In this document: one piece after another, positions 18,348 through 25,958 of the stretch
Numbering within the stretch: the stretch's first letter is position 1
Layout of the letters: the number at the start of each line of letters is the position of its first letter
From: a virus
DNA: 63,018 bases
Direction: 5' to 3' (one strand)
Virus record (IMG/VR): IMGVR_UViG_3300049075_000009
Coordinates: 1 to 63,018 of that record
Made by a program: the position numbers and the translations under genes
The notes under the pieces: model-generated
Database searches by the model: none
What the model was told of the DNA's origin: nothing
The model's input: only the letters and a program-made list of their open reading frames with translations

Positions 18348-18674
18348 ATGTCTGAAAGATTCGTAACGAGAACGCTGACTGTGCGGGAATATCTCTACTG
18401 GCTTAAAGCTATTGCTGGCGATTTCGAGGCCGCTGTAAATCTAGTGGAGTTGCGCCGCGTTGACTCCACTCTTGACCTAAGAGACACGCCCTTAAATGAA
18501 TGGGCGGATGTGTTCAAGGAAATGTGCGAAGCGGCAGAAATAGGCTTGGCGTTGAATGAGATTGAGCAGGCCACGCCGCCGGAAACTTTGCATATCACGA
18601 TTAACCGAAATCAATCACCTGAAGAACTCCAGCAAGCGATAAGATTTCTGGCTAACAAAAAGGATGAACAGTGA
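18348..18674 (+). CDS. Hypothetical protein (108 aa) in lysis cluster
   Basis: ATG ORF 12 nt after the endolysin stop. Soluble and acidic. Confidence 0.5.
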   Translation: MSERFVTRTLTVREYLYWLKAIAGDFEAAVNLVELRRVDSTLDLRDTPLNEWADVFKEMCEAAEIGLALNEIEQATPPETLHITINRNQSPEELQQAIRFLANKKDEQ

Positions 18675-19078
18675 ATCTACCAACCATCAAGCCCGAATAT
18701 AAATTCATCGCAGGCGGCATTCTTTTATTGCTGGCAATTGTTTTCGCCGTCAATCGCGCTACGAGTTGGTACGACGATTACCGGCACAGCAAGGTTGTGG
18801 AAGATTTGAAAATAGAGCGCCAAAAGGATATTGAGCGCGGGGATTTTTTCGAGACAAAAGCAACCAAGGCCGAAGGTGAAAAAGTTACATACCAAATCGC
18901 TTTAGAGATTGCTGGCAAAGATGCCCAAATCGCAATGGAGAAAGTAACAAATGCAGAACAGAAATTTAATCAGGAAATTGAGTCTATTGGTGTGGCTGTG
19001 CCTGAGTGCGAACGTTACAGCCGCTTACGGGCAAAGCTCGGGTTGCGCCCCGCCCCTTGTGAAACCGCAGGACAATAA
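18671..19078 (+). CDS. i-spanin-like protein (N-terminal TM, helical periplasmic part)
   Basis: GTG start overlapping the upstream stop (GTGA). TM helix FIAGGILLLLAIVFAV, then a charged helical region. Two C-terminal Cys. Confidence 0.5.
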   Translation: MNLPTIKPEYKFIAGGILLLLAIVFAVNRATSWYDDYRHSKVVEDLKIERQKDIERGDFFETKATKAEGEKVTYQIALEIAGKDAQIAMEKVTNAEQKFNQEIESIGVAVPECERYSRLRAKLGLRPAPCETAGQ

Positions 19079-19439
19079 TCAGAAGGTGCTGGTTGATATT
19101 GAGTTCCTGAAAGCCGCAGAAATAGCGATTGCCGACCGTGACAGGCTCAAGGTTGTATCCGAAGGACAGGCGGAAGCGTTGATGGCCAAAGACCAGCAGA
19201 TAGCGGCCTTGCGAGGTCTATTGCAACTTGAGAAGCAAATCTCTACTGACTGGAAAGAGGCGGCAACCGCGCGCAAAGACGCCCTGAAGACCGATGATAA
19301 ATTGATTCTGACCTACGATAAGAGGATTGCAGAACTACAGGCGGAAAGGGATGCCAGTCGCCGTGCAAATAAACTGTGGGGATTCGCTGGCGTTGTCTTG
19401 GGTGTGCTGGCGACCATCGCTATTAAAGGCAGTAATTAG
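18951..19439 (+). CDS. o-/u-spanin-like protein: signal/lipobox-like N-terminus plus C-terminal TM
   Basis: Starts in the +1 frame inside 18671..19078 (128-nt overlap). LSLLVWLCLSANVTAAYGQSSGC-APPLVKP, then a coiled-coil region, then LWGFAGVVLGVLATIAI at the C-terminus. Confidence 0.5.
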   Translation: MQNRNLIRKLSLLVWLCLSANVTAAYGQSSGCAPPLVKPQDNNQKVLVDIEFLKAAEIAIADRDRLKVVSEGQAEALMAKDQQIAALRGLLQLEKQISTDWKEAATARKDALKTDDKLILTYDKRIAELQAERDASRRANKLWGFAGVVLGVLATIAIKGSN

Positions 19440-19693
19440 CCTTGTTTCAAATGAACTTCCACCTTGAATAAATCAGAAATGTCATTCGTATAGCTTTGGT
19501 CTATTGAATGGACAACGTTATCAATAACGAATTTACCTGAGAAGTTTTCAGCAGAGGGGAATTTTTCTTTCCCGATGGGCGTTACATTGGATGACAAGTA
19601 TACGGACTGTCCCGGTTGGTACATTGGAAACGATTCAGCCCAAGATGAAAAGATGCATTTGTCTTCAAGCCAGAATGTCACGCTGATGTTCAT
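19436..19693 (-). CDS. Hypothetical protein (85 aa)
   Basis: ATG 19693 with GAGAGG upstream; the track start at 19735 is TTG. Its stop codon overlaps the stop of 18951..19439 (TTAG). Confidence 0.45.
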   Translation of the reverse strand: MNISVTFWLEDKCIFSSWAESFPMYQPGQSVYLSSNVTPIGKEKFPSAENFSGKFVIDNVVHSIDQSYTNDISDLFKVEVHLKQG

Positions 19694-19777
19694 TGAATTC
19701 GCCTCTCTTTTGATGCTCCAATAATACCATATCAATTCCCCTGTGTGTTGGCCGGTTGGGTTGGGGGAAGGGGGAAA

Positions 19778-20206
19778 TTACGCTGCTCTATCAATTTCCG
19801 CTAGGCAGAGTTTGTATTGTGCCGGGAATCTGATGCTGCCGTCTTCATCCCAGCCTTCAAAAAGATGAATGTTGTACACGCCTTGATACCAATGAATCTG
19901 CTCTAGCCTTTCCCGTAGGCTTTCTGCATCAATAACGGCATCTCTCACCATCTTCCTGGCAATGATAGTCCTGTCGGTAAATAAGCAGGGATAGCCTATG
20001 CGACTAGATTCTTCGTGGTCAGCGAAATCCGGTTGTGTGCGTTCCTGAAATACCCACAGTTGACCCGTAGGTGCCACAGTAGAAGCCGAAAGTAAACGGT
20101 GTTGCGCTTGTTCGTTAAGTGGTCGTTTACACTCCGGACAAGCCCATGTGCGTAGAGAAACAAAGGCGTGTCCACACCATTCTTTCAGGTCAGGGTACTC
20201 ATTCAT
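19778..20206 (-). CDS. Hypothetical protein with CxxC zinc-ribbon-like motif (142 aa)
   Basis: ATGA coupling to the upstream gene. WCGH...WACPECKRPL. Confidence 0.55.
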   Translation of the reverse strand: MNEYPDLKEWCGHAFVSLRTWACPECKRPLNEQAQHRLLSASTVAPTGQLWVFQERTQPDFADHEESSRIGYPCLFTDRTIIARKMVRDAVIDAESLRERLEQIHWYQGVYNIHLFEGWDEDGSIRFPAQYKLCLAEIDRAA

Positions 20207-20415
20207 TTTTTTGCCTCATATCGTTTGGTCTTGCGGTTGTACTTCCCATATTTGATTTTAGTCGAGCAGCGAGTAGTAACCGGATTATTGCACGGCTCAT
20301 TCTTTCTCGCAGACCACCCGCAACTGCATTGCTCGAAGCAATCACAGGTGCCAGCCTTCGCGCCACACTGAGCGCATTTCCAATCCACTTGGCTGAATAG
20401 GTGTTCAATTCCCAT
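20203..20415 (-). CDS. Small Cys-rich protein (70 aa)
   Basis: GGGGGAGGG RBS. Nine Cys (WKCAQCGAKAGTCDCFEQCSCGW...PCNN...RC) and a basic tail. Confidence 0.55.
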   Translation of the reverse strand: MGIEHLFSQVDWKCAQCGAKAGTCDCFEQCSCGWSARKNEPCNNPVTTRCSTKIKYGKYNRKTKRYEAKK

Positions 20416-20462
20416 AAGTCAATCATCCCTCCCCCAATCCGCGCCCCGAAAAAAAAAGACAA

Positions 20463-20783
20463 TTACTTTTTGCGCCTATCAATTCCGATTTCGTTAGCAT
20501 CAAGTTGAAACCCTAATTTCTTGGCGGCATCCTGTAATGGTCTGTAATGATGGTAATTATCCGTATTGCGCCAAAGGGTTTTAAGTCGTTCAATGATGAC
20601 CTCTTTGGGCTCCTCTATTAACTCGACCGTTACGCGATACCTGTGGACGCTTACAACGCCATTGAAACAATCGGGTTCCTTTTGCTCCCATTGTGAGAGG
20701 TTGTAGGAATTGATTTTGCGGAAGGTTTCAAACTCCAGTTTGGTTTCTTCCACAACTACAGGTTTCGTTTTTGATTTGCTCAT
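20463..20783 (-). CDS. Hypothetical protein (106 aa)
   Basis: ATG with GAAGGGGA RBS. Confidence 0.55.
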   Translation of the reverse strand: MSKSKTKPVVVEETKLEFETFRKINSYNLSQWEQKEPDCFNGVVSVHRYRVTVELIEEPKEVIIERLKTLWRNTDNYHHYRPLQDAAKKLGFQLDANEIGIDRRKK

Positions 20784-20832
20784 TTAATTCTTTCCCCTTC
20801 CTCCCTGGTCGCCTGCCGACAAAAGAAAATGG

Positions 20833-21078
20833 CTACCTGCCTTTTCCCTGCGTGACGTGCCAGCCTGTGCAGAACATGCATTTATAGGGCTCAACTATTC
20901 CCCATTTGGCATTCGCCCTGCCCTTGCAGATTCGTTCTGCTGCGTCCTCTGATGCAAAGAAACGCTTAGTGCCACAGCCTTTCAATTTCGCCTCAGCCGC
21001 AATTATCTTCGGTGATAAGGGTTTCTTCAGCGCCCTACGCTTTAAGCCGTTTATCCTGTTCTTTATAGGATTGCCCAT
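20833..21078 (-). CDS. Small basic protein with C-terminal CxxC..WH motif (81 aa)
   Basis: Internal ATG 21078 is preceded by GGAGA. ...YKCMFCTGWHVTQ. The longer track ORF (to 21189) overlaps 21035..21337 by 155 nt. Confidence 0.4.
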   Translation of the reverse strand: MGNPIKNRINGLKRRALKKPLSPKIIAAEAKLKGCGTKRFFASEDAAERICKGRANAKWGIVEPYKCMFCTGWHVTQGKGR

Positions 21079-21337
21079 GTTTCTTTCTCCTGCTTCGGCA
21101 TCTATGATGCGTGTCGCCCGATTGCTTCCAAGTATCAACGCCAGCCTGCAAAGTCCCTGTGGCATTTTCGGCGTCCACATTGTTCGCATTCAGATAGAGC
21201 GTTGCGCCACAGAGATTGCATCGAACCGCCGTCACGATATTGAATTGCGGGACGACTTGGCCTATACGGGTGTCGGCGTTGCCTGCCTCTGCAAAGGATT
21301 GAGCCCCTTTTTGTAATGTCATTTTTTCTGCTTTCAT
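21035..21337 (-). CDS. Hypothetical protein (100 aa) with CxxC motif
   Basis: ATG 21337 overlaps the TGA of the upstream small ORF (ATGA), with GGAAGGAAAG upstream. VRCNLCGATLYL. Confidence 0.45.
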   Translation of the reverse strand: MKAEKMTLQKGAQSFAEAGNADTRIGQVVPQFNIVTAVRCNLCGATLYLNANNVDAENATGTLQAGVDTWKQSGDTHHRCRSRRKKHGQSYKEQDKRLKA

Positions 21338-21507
21338 TCAGTTATCTTTCCTTCCTCGCTCAGGCTAAGAGCCGCCAAGCAGATATTACGTGCCGAGAAG
21401 TAGCGCAGGGCTTCAGGGAATGGCACATACACGGGCTTGTTATCGCCGTCTGTGACTTGGTTGTGCAGGCGCTTCTCCAGGGCTTGCAGGTAAGCCAAAC
21501 GCTCCAT
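21334..21507 (-). CDS. Small gene (57 aa as it stands) whose original 5' end was split off by the IS insertion
   Basis: MERLAYLQALEKRLHNQV... The ATG lies 2 nt from the left target-site duplication. Removing the IS restores an in-frame 12-codon N-terminal extension from 24410. Confidence 0.5.
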   Translation of the reverse strand: MERLAYLQALEKRLHNQVTDGDNKPVYVPFPEALRYFSARNICLAALSLSEEGKITE

Positions 21508-21508
21508 C

Positions 21509-21516
21509 AATCCTTG
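21509..21516. repeat. Target-site duplication AATCCTTG (left copy)
   Basis: Identical 8-mer directly abuts the outer ends of both inverted repeats (second copy at 24376-24383). Confidence 0.85.
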
Positions 21517-21540
21517 GGCATTGATATACTTGACTCACCT
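21517..21540 (+). repeat. Left terminal inverted repeat GGCATTGATATACTTGACTCACCT
   Basis: Reverse complement of 24352-24375 is GGCATTAATATACCTGACTCACCT, a 22/24 match. Confidence 0.85.
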
Positions 21541-21558
21541 AGCCTTTTATGCGATAAT
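21530..21558 (+). promoter_or_regulatory. Sigma70-like promoter in IRL: TTGACT-17 nt-GATAAT with TG extension
   Basis: -35 at 21530-21535, -10 at 21553-21558, TG at 21550-21551. The ATG at 21566 is only 7 nt past the -10, so the transposase mRNA would be leaderless or nearly so. Confidence 0.45.
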
Positions 21559-21565
21559 CTGAGGC

Positions 21566-22504
21566 ATGGAAAACCAAGTTGATAACTTTCCGAAAACATT
21601 ACAAGAAGCAATCATATACTTCTCAAATCCTGATGTTGCTTTACAGTTCATGGCGAATCTCCGCTGGGCAGATGGCGTTGCCGTTTGCCCCAATTGCGAA
21701 TCGAAAGAATCCAGCTTCATATCAACTCGTCGCGTGTGGAAGTGTAAAGCCTGTAAAAAGCAATTCACGGTTAAACTTGGAACCATCATGGAAGACTCGC
21801 CAATCGGTCTTGATAAATGGCTTTGTGCTATGTGGATGATTGCCAATTGCAAGAACGGTATAAGCTCTTACGAGATTCACCGTGCTATCGGTATCACTCA
21901 GAAATCCGCTTGGTTTTTGCTCCATCGTATCCGCCTTGCAATGCAAACGGGCACATTTGAAAAACTCTCTGGCACTGTTGAATGCGACGAAACTTTTGTT
22001 GGTGGCAAAGCCAAGAATATGCACAAGAGCAAACGCGAAGCGAAGATTCAAGGTCGCGGTGCGACTGGCAAAGCCATTGTTATGGGTGTGCTGGAACGCG
22101 CTGGCGAAGTGAGAGCGAAGGTTATACCCAACACAACGCAAGAGACATTGCACAGCCACATATACGATAGCGTAGGGAAAGGTTCTGAGGTCTTTACAGA
22201 CCAGTTTCCTGCATACAACGGTTTGGAATCCGATTTCGTTCATAAGTTCGTTAATCACGCTGTTGAGTATGTCAACGGTCAAGTTCACACAAACGGCATA
22301 GAGAACTTCTGGAGCCTGCTGAAACGCGGCCTGAAAGGTACATACATCAGTGTGATGCCTGCTCATTTATTCCGCTATGTTGATGAACAATCATTCCGAT
22401 TCAATAACCGCAAAGTAAACGACGCAAGCAGATTCCTGCTGGCCTGTGCATCAATCAAAGGTCGAAGGTTGACCTATAAGACATTAACAGGGAAAGGTGA
22501 ATAA
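21566..22504 (+). CDS. IS1595-family (ISXO2-like) DDE transposase
   Basis: Zn ribbon CPNCES...WKCKACKKQF, then ECDETFVGGK, DQFPAYNGL, HTNGIENFWSLLKRGLKGTY..SVMPAHLFRYVDEQSFRFNNRK, the typical DDE_Tnp_IS1595 pattern. Confidence 0.9.
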   Translation: MENQVDNFPKTLQEAIIYFSNPDVALQFMANLRWADGVAVCPNCESKESSFISTRRVWKCKACKKQFTVKLGTIMEDSPIGLDKWLCAMWMIANCKNGISSYEIHRAIGITQKSAWFLLHRIRLAMQTGTFEKLSGTVECDETFVGGKAKNMHKSKREAKIQGRGATGKAIVMGVLERAGEVRAKVIPNTTQETLHSHIYDSVGKGSEVFTDQFPAYNGLESDFVHKFVNHAVEYVNGQVHTNGIENFWSLLKRGLKGTYISVMPAHLFRYVDEQSFRFNNRKVNDASRFLLACASIKGRRLTYKTLTGKGE

Positions 22505-22531
22505 GCCTTTTAGTGATAGAATAGAGGTATT

Positions 22532-22729
22532 ATGAAAACGATAACAGGCTCTAAAACAAAAGACTCAGATTCGTCTATGAACGCTTCGAAGTCGAGAGAA
22601 TTTCAAGCCTTCGAAGCGTTAGCTAAAGCATTGATTATAGTGCCTAAAAAGGAAATTCTTGAAAAAGAGCGAGAGGCAAAACACGTTAAAACTAAAAGTG
22701 AACAACGAAAGAAAAGGGTATCTGGCTGA
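22532..22729 (+). CDS. Small Lys-rich passenger ORF (65 aa)
   Basis: ATG preceded by AGAGG and by a TGaTAGAAT extended -10. No family recognised. Confidence 0.4.
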   Translation: MKTITGSKTKDSDSSMNASKSREFQAFEALAKALIIVPKKEILEKEREAKHVKTKSEQRKKRVSG

Positions 22730-22749
22730 TTTGCTTCGAAGCTATAGAT

Positions 22750-24357
22750 ATGTCACCTACTAAGCCAAAAAAAGAACAACTTTCAGAAGATGAAAGATTT
22801 CCGCTTTTCGCTCTATTAAAAGCAAATCCCATCCCTCTGATACTTTTGAGCGAAGATGAAATTTATAACCTTGCAGACGCTAAATTGATTCAAGCCCTCC
22901 AAGAAGATGACCGAATTGAAAGAAAGCCTGCGGGTATTCACGCAGAGCATTTAGGTAACTATTTCAATATGTGGTCAAATACGCCTGCCAATGGCGGTTT
23001 AATCGCTGTTGGTATTGATGATGACGGCGGGCTTAGTGGATGCATCAAGGCAGATATTCAACACATAAACGATTTGCAAAGTCGTGCGGGTGGGACTTAC
23101 TGCCCAGATGCAAGATACAACTTTAAAAAAGTTCTGTTTAATCACCCTGACGGTACACCCGATTACTTGTTGTTATTTCGTGTCAAATATCATGAATCAA
23201 GAGTAATTCGTAATAATAAAGGCCAAGTTTTTGCGCGTTTCGGCGACAAAAAGAAGCAGTTAAATGCAGACCAAATCCGTGAACTGGAGATAGATAAAGG
23301 ACAACTTCTATTCGAACAAGACCCAACGACCCTTGAATATCCAGCAGATTTTGACATTCAACTAATTAAAGAATGTGCTGATAGATTCAGGAAATCTAAA
23401 GAACTTCCGTCTGATTCCTTAACCGACGAGGAAATCCTTGAATTGCTATTTTTAGGTAAAATAAAAAAAGAGAGATTTTTGCCAAACAATGCTTGCGTAA
23501 TTGTTTTTGCAAAACACCCACGAGAAGTTTTCCCCGGCTGTCGGATTCGCTTCTTTCGCTTCGAAGGTGAGGAAGAGGGGACTGGCGAGAAATTTACTCC
23601 ACAAAAAGATATATGGATAGACATGGGCAGTATTCCCTATTTAGTTCGGGAAGCAGAAAGGGTACTTGATAGCCAACTTCGGACTTTCACGAGATTAGGT
23701 AAAAATAATAGATTTCAAACGACTCCTGAATATCCTCGTACCGCTTGGTATGAAGCTTTAGTAAATGCTTGCGTTCATCGCTCATATAGCCTTCGAAACA
23801 TGAATATTTTCGTCAAAATGTTCGATGATAGAATCGAAATTGAGAGTCCAGGCGGCTTCCCACCATTGGTTACACCTGAAAATATCTACACATCACACAA
23901 CCCTCGAAATCCTAGAATTTTTGACGCCATGCAATATCTAGGTTTCGTTGTTGGCGCACGAGAGGGCACGAGGAGAATGCGCAAATCAATGCTTGATATG
24001 AAGCTACCATTGCCAGAATTTATCCAACGCTCTGAGACATACAATACAGTTCTTGTGACGCTAAGAAATGACTATAAACACAGAAAAGTTTTGCTAGATT
24101 CCGATGTGGCCGGATTCGTTGGTGAAGTGATTTTTAAAACACTTTCTCAAGATGAAAAACGCGCCATAAATTTTATCGCAGAACATGGTGAAATTAGCGT
24201 CAGTGATTTGCAGCGAATTACGAAAAGGTCTTGGCACTCTGCAAGAAACTTACTTGTAGGATTGGTTAAAAGAAGCATTCTATTAAGCACCCACCGAGTT
24301 GAAAAAGTTAAAAAGTCAGGACGTGACACCGCAGCAAGATACACCCTCAACAGGTGA
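22750..24357 (+). CDS. Passenger protein: AlbA_2 (Schlafen-like) N-domain + HATPase_c_4 (RecG-C-like) + C-terminal wHTH
   Basis: ERKPAGIHAEHLGNYFNMWSNTPANGGLIAVGIDDDGGLSGC (AlbA_2 pattern). WYEALVNACVHRSY...IEIESPGGFPPLVTPENIY..NPRNPRIFDAM (HATPase_c_4 pattern). The stop lies inside IRR. Confidence 0.7.
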   Translation: MSPTKPKKEQLSEDERFPLFALLKANPIPLILLSEDEIYNLADAKLIQALQEDDRIERKPAGIHAEHLGNYFNMWSNTPANGGLIAVGIDDDGGLSGCIKADIQHINDLQSRAGGTYCPDARYNFKKVLFNHPDGTPDYLLLFRVKYHESRVIRNNKGQVFARFGDKKKQLNADQIRELEIDKGQLLFEQDPTTLEYPADFDIQLIKECADRFRKSKELPSDSLTDEEILELLFLGKIKKERFLPNNACVIVFAKHPREVFPGCRIRFFRFEGEEEGTGEKFTPQKDIWIDMGSIPYLVREAERVLDSQLRTFTRLGKNNRFQTTPEYPRTAWYEALVNACVHRSYSLRNMNIFVKMFDDRIEIESPGGFPPLVTPENIYTSHNPRNPRIFDAMQYLGFVVGAREGTRRMRKSMLDMKLPLPEFIQRSETYNTVLVTLRNDYKHRKVLLDSDVAGFVGEVIFKTLSQDEKRAINFIAEHGEISVSDLQRITKRSWHSARNLLVGLVKRSILLSTHRVEKVKKSGRDTAARYTLNR

Positions 24358-24375
24358 GTCAGGTATATTAATGCC
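24352..24375 (-). repeat. Right terminal inverted repeat
   Basis: See IRL; 22/24 identity in inverted orientation. Confidence 0.85.
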
Positions 24376-24383
24376 AATCCTTG
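24376..24383. repeat. Target-site duplication AATCCTTG (right copy)
   Basis: Identical to 21509-21516. Confidence 0.85.
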
Positions 24384-24410
24384 CTTGCAACAGTGCTCAT
24401 GGACGGTCAT
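24376..24410 (-). pseudogene. Detached 5' fragment (ATG + 11 codons, MTVHEHCCKQGL) of the IS-split gene
   Basis: ATG 24410. The frame runs into the IS. After deleting the IS and one TSD copy it joins 21507 in frame (MTVHEHCCKQGL-MERLAYLQ...). Confidence 0.5.
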
Positions 24411-24421
24411 CGCGGCGGTTA

Positions 24422-24859
24422 CTACCCAACCTTGCCTTGATATAATCGGCATCCACACTCTACGGCATAGACGCATCTGCCGACCTGTTTCTTGGTGATG
24501 GCAATGTTATGCGTCGGGCAAATGTCTTTGCTCAATTTCTCAAGATGCTCAGCAATCTCTTTGTCCTGCCGCTCAAGGTCGCTTTCAACCTGCTCCAGCG
24601 TGGGGAACTCTGCCTTGCCGCAGGTAAAACGACATTCCAGTTGGTGTTCGCCCCAAGTCTGATTCTTAAAGCAAGCGTCGACAAAGGGCGTACCATCACG
24701 ACCTAAATCAACGTGAGCCCCCACGGTCTTATAATCAACGCCAGCGCCGCAAATCTTGTTAAAGAATCCGTTGTGATGAATGCAGGTATCAAGCCTGCGC
24801 CTGATTCGCTCCTGTCGGCGTTCATCATCGGTCATGTGCATTAGCGATTTATAACCCAT
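24422..24859 (-). CDS. Hypothetical Cys-rich protein (145 aa)
   Basis: ATG 24859 preceded by AAGGA; the track start at 24901 is GTG. Confidence 0.5.
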   Translation of the reverse strand: MGYKSLMHMTDDERRQERIRRRLDTCIHHNGFFNKICGAGVDYKTVGAHVDLGRDGTPFVDACFKNQTWGEHQLECRFTCGKAEFPTLEQVESDLERQDKEIAEHLEKLSKDICPTHNIAITKKQVGRCVYAVECGCRLYQGKVG

Positions 24860-24891
24860 AATCTTTCCTTTTTCGTCGCTCGCGGCGGCAA

Positions 24892-25149
24892 CTACCCCCA
24901 CACAGCGAACTCACAGGCATATTCGTGTAGGTAATGCGTCTTGCCTGCGTCATCCGTAATCTCTGCGTTCATCTCGTCATCGGTTAATTCGTTGCCTGTT
25001 TCGTCGTCAATAAGGACAAGCGACTCTTGAACATAGGCGTTCGTATCGCCTTCGCGGTGGCCTGTTTCTCTAATGCGAAGCACTCTGCCATCCGGTAAAG
25101 TGACCACGCCCTCCATGTCTAAATCGGTATCTGGTAATGACGGGTACAT
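24892..25149 (-). CDS. Acidic hypothetical protein (85 aa)
   Basis: ATG 25149 preceded by AAGGAGAG. Confidence 0.5.
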   Translation of the reverse strand: MYPSLPDTDLDMEGVVTLPDGRVLRIRETGHREGDTNAYVQESLVLIDDETGNELTDDEMNAEITDDAGKTHYLHEYACEFAVWG

Positions 25150-25198
25150 AATTCCAATCTCTCCTTTTCCTTTTTTGGTCGCGCCAGGGGAGGGGCAG

Positions 25199-25573
25199 CT
25201 ACAAAAGCTCACAATCCGCTGGGTGAACATTTAGGCGCCGGTTCGGGAATCTTGGCGAATCCTCATCGAACAGCACATCAAAATTGGCGCTGCTGTTATG
25301 ACCGACGATTACACCGCAGGAATTTCCGACCTTCACCCGTTGCCCACACCGAACATCAGGCAAGCCCCTATATTTAGCCATACGGATGAACTGCTCTGTA
25401 CTTTCTGGCCTGCCAATCTTGCGCGCTCTGATTGCGGTGAAAGGCACATCCGGCCACGGTTCGCGCACGTCGCGCCAATACTCAGCCTTTGCTTTGCCAG
25501 CACTTCGAGCATTGATTTGCTTCGTCCAGTTGGTGCCGATAACAGACACTTCAAAAGAATAAACTTCGTTCAT
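25199..25573 (-). CDS. Hypothetical protein (124 aa)
   Basis: ATG 25573 preceded by AAGGA. Confidence 0.5.
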   Translation of the reverse strand: MNEVYSFEVSVIGTNWTKQINARSAGKAKAEYWRDVREPWPDVPFTAIRARKIGRPESTEQFIRMAKYRGLPDVRCGQRVKVGNSCGVIVGHNSSANFDVLFDEDSPRFPNRRLNVHPADCELL

Positions 25574-25619
25574 ATTTTCCTTTCGTGCTTTTGGCTTGCC
25601 GGGTGGCAAGGGGTCGGGG

Positions 25620-25874
25620 CTACAAGCCAAGTGCAGTCTGTATTTCCTTCTGTGCGTCTTCTTTGCCCTTCTGATATTCGCGCTCGATTATCAAGCCAAT
25701 GGCTCTCGGTATTTTATATCTATGTTCAGTTCCGTCTCCTAAAACGCGACTGATGGCGTAATCCGCATTGCCCCATTTGCCATAGCTCCAGTTTGGCGTC
25801 CAATTGCTCAGACTGAAATCTACGTGTTCAGGTAATTCCGAAAGCGGTTTCTCTATCGTGTCGTTATATCCCAT
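25620..25874 (-). CDS. Hypothetical protein (84 aa)
   Basis: ATG with GGAAAGGGGG RBS. Confidence 0.5.
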   Translation of the reverse strand: MGYNDTIEKPLSELPEHVDFSLSNWTPNWSYGKWGNADYAISRVLGDGTEHRYKIPRAIGLIIEREYQKGKEDAQKEIQTALGL

Positions 25875-25958
25875 CCCCCTACCCCCTTTCCTTCGGCGTT
25901 TTCAGGGCCAACACCTATGCTGGCAGGGTTAGCCACCAGCACAGGTAAGGCCACAGGC

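Larger units (their letters stand above)
21517..24375 (+). mobile_element. IS1595-family insertion element with two passenger ORFs (2,859 bp)
   Basis: 24-bp terminal inverted repeats (22/24 match), an 8-bp direct duplication, and a DDE transposase with an N-terminal Zn ribbon. The + strand island sits inside an otherwise minus-strand operon. Confidence 0.85.

Noticed and set aside
20833-21189. 118-aa version of the minus-strand ORF
   Set aside because: It would overlap 21035-21337 by 155 nt. An internal ATG (21078) with a GGAGA RBS gives a compact 81-aa product. A sequencing frameshift joining the two ORFs cannot be excluded.
21316-21582. 88-aa + strand ORF upstream of the transposase
   Set aside because: It crosses the IS boundary (TSD and IRL) and is antisense to the coupled minus-strand genes 21334-21507 and 21035-21337.
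21722-22366. 214-aa minus-strand ORF
   Set aside because: It lies entirely antisense to the IS1595 transposase, which has unmistakable family motifs.
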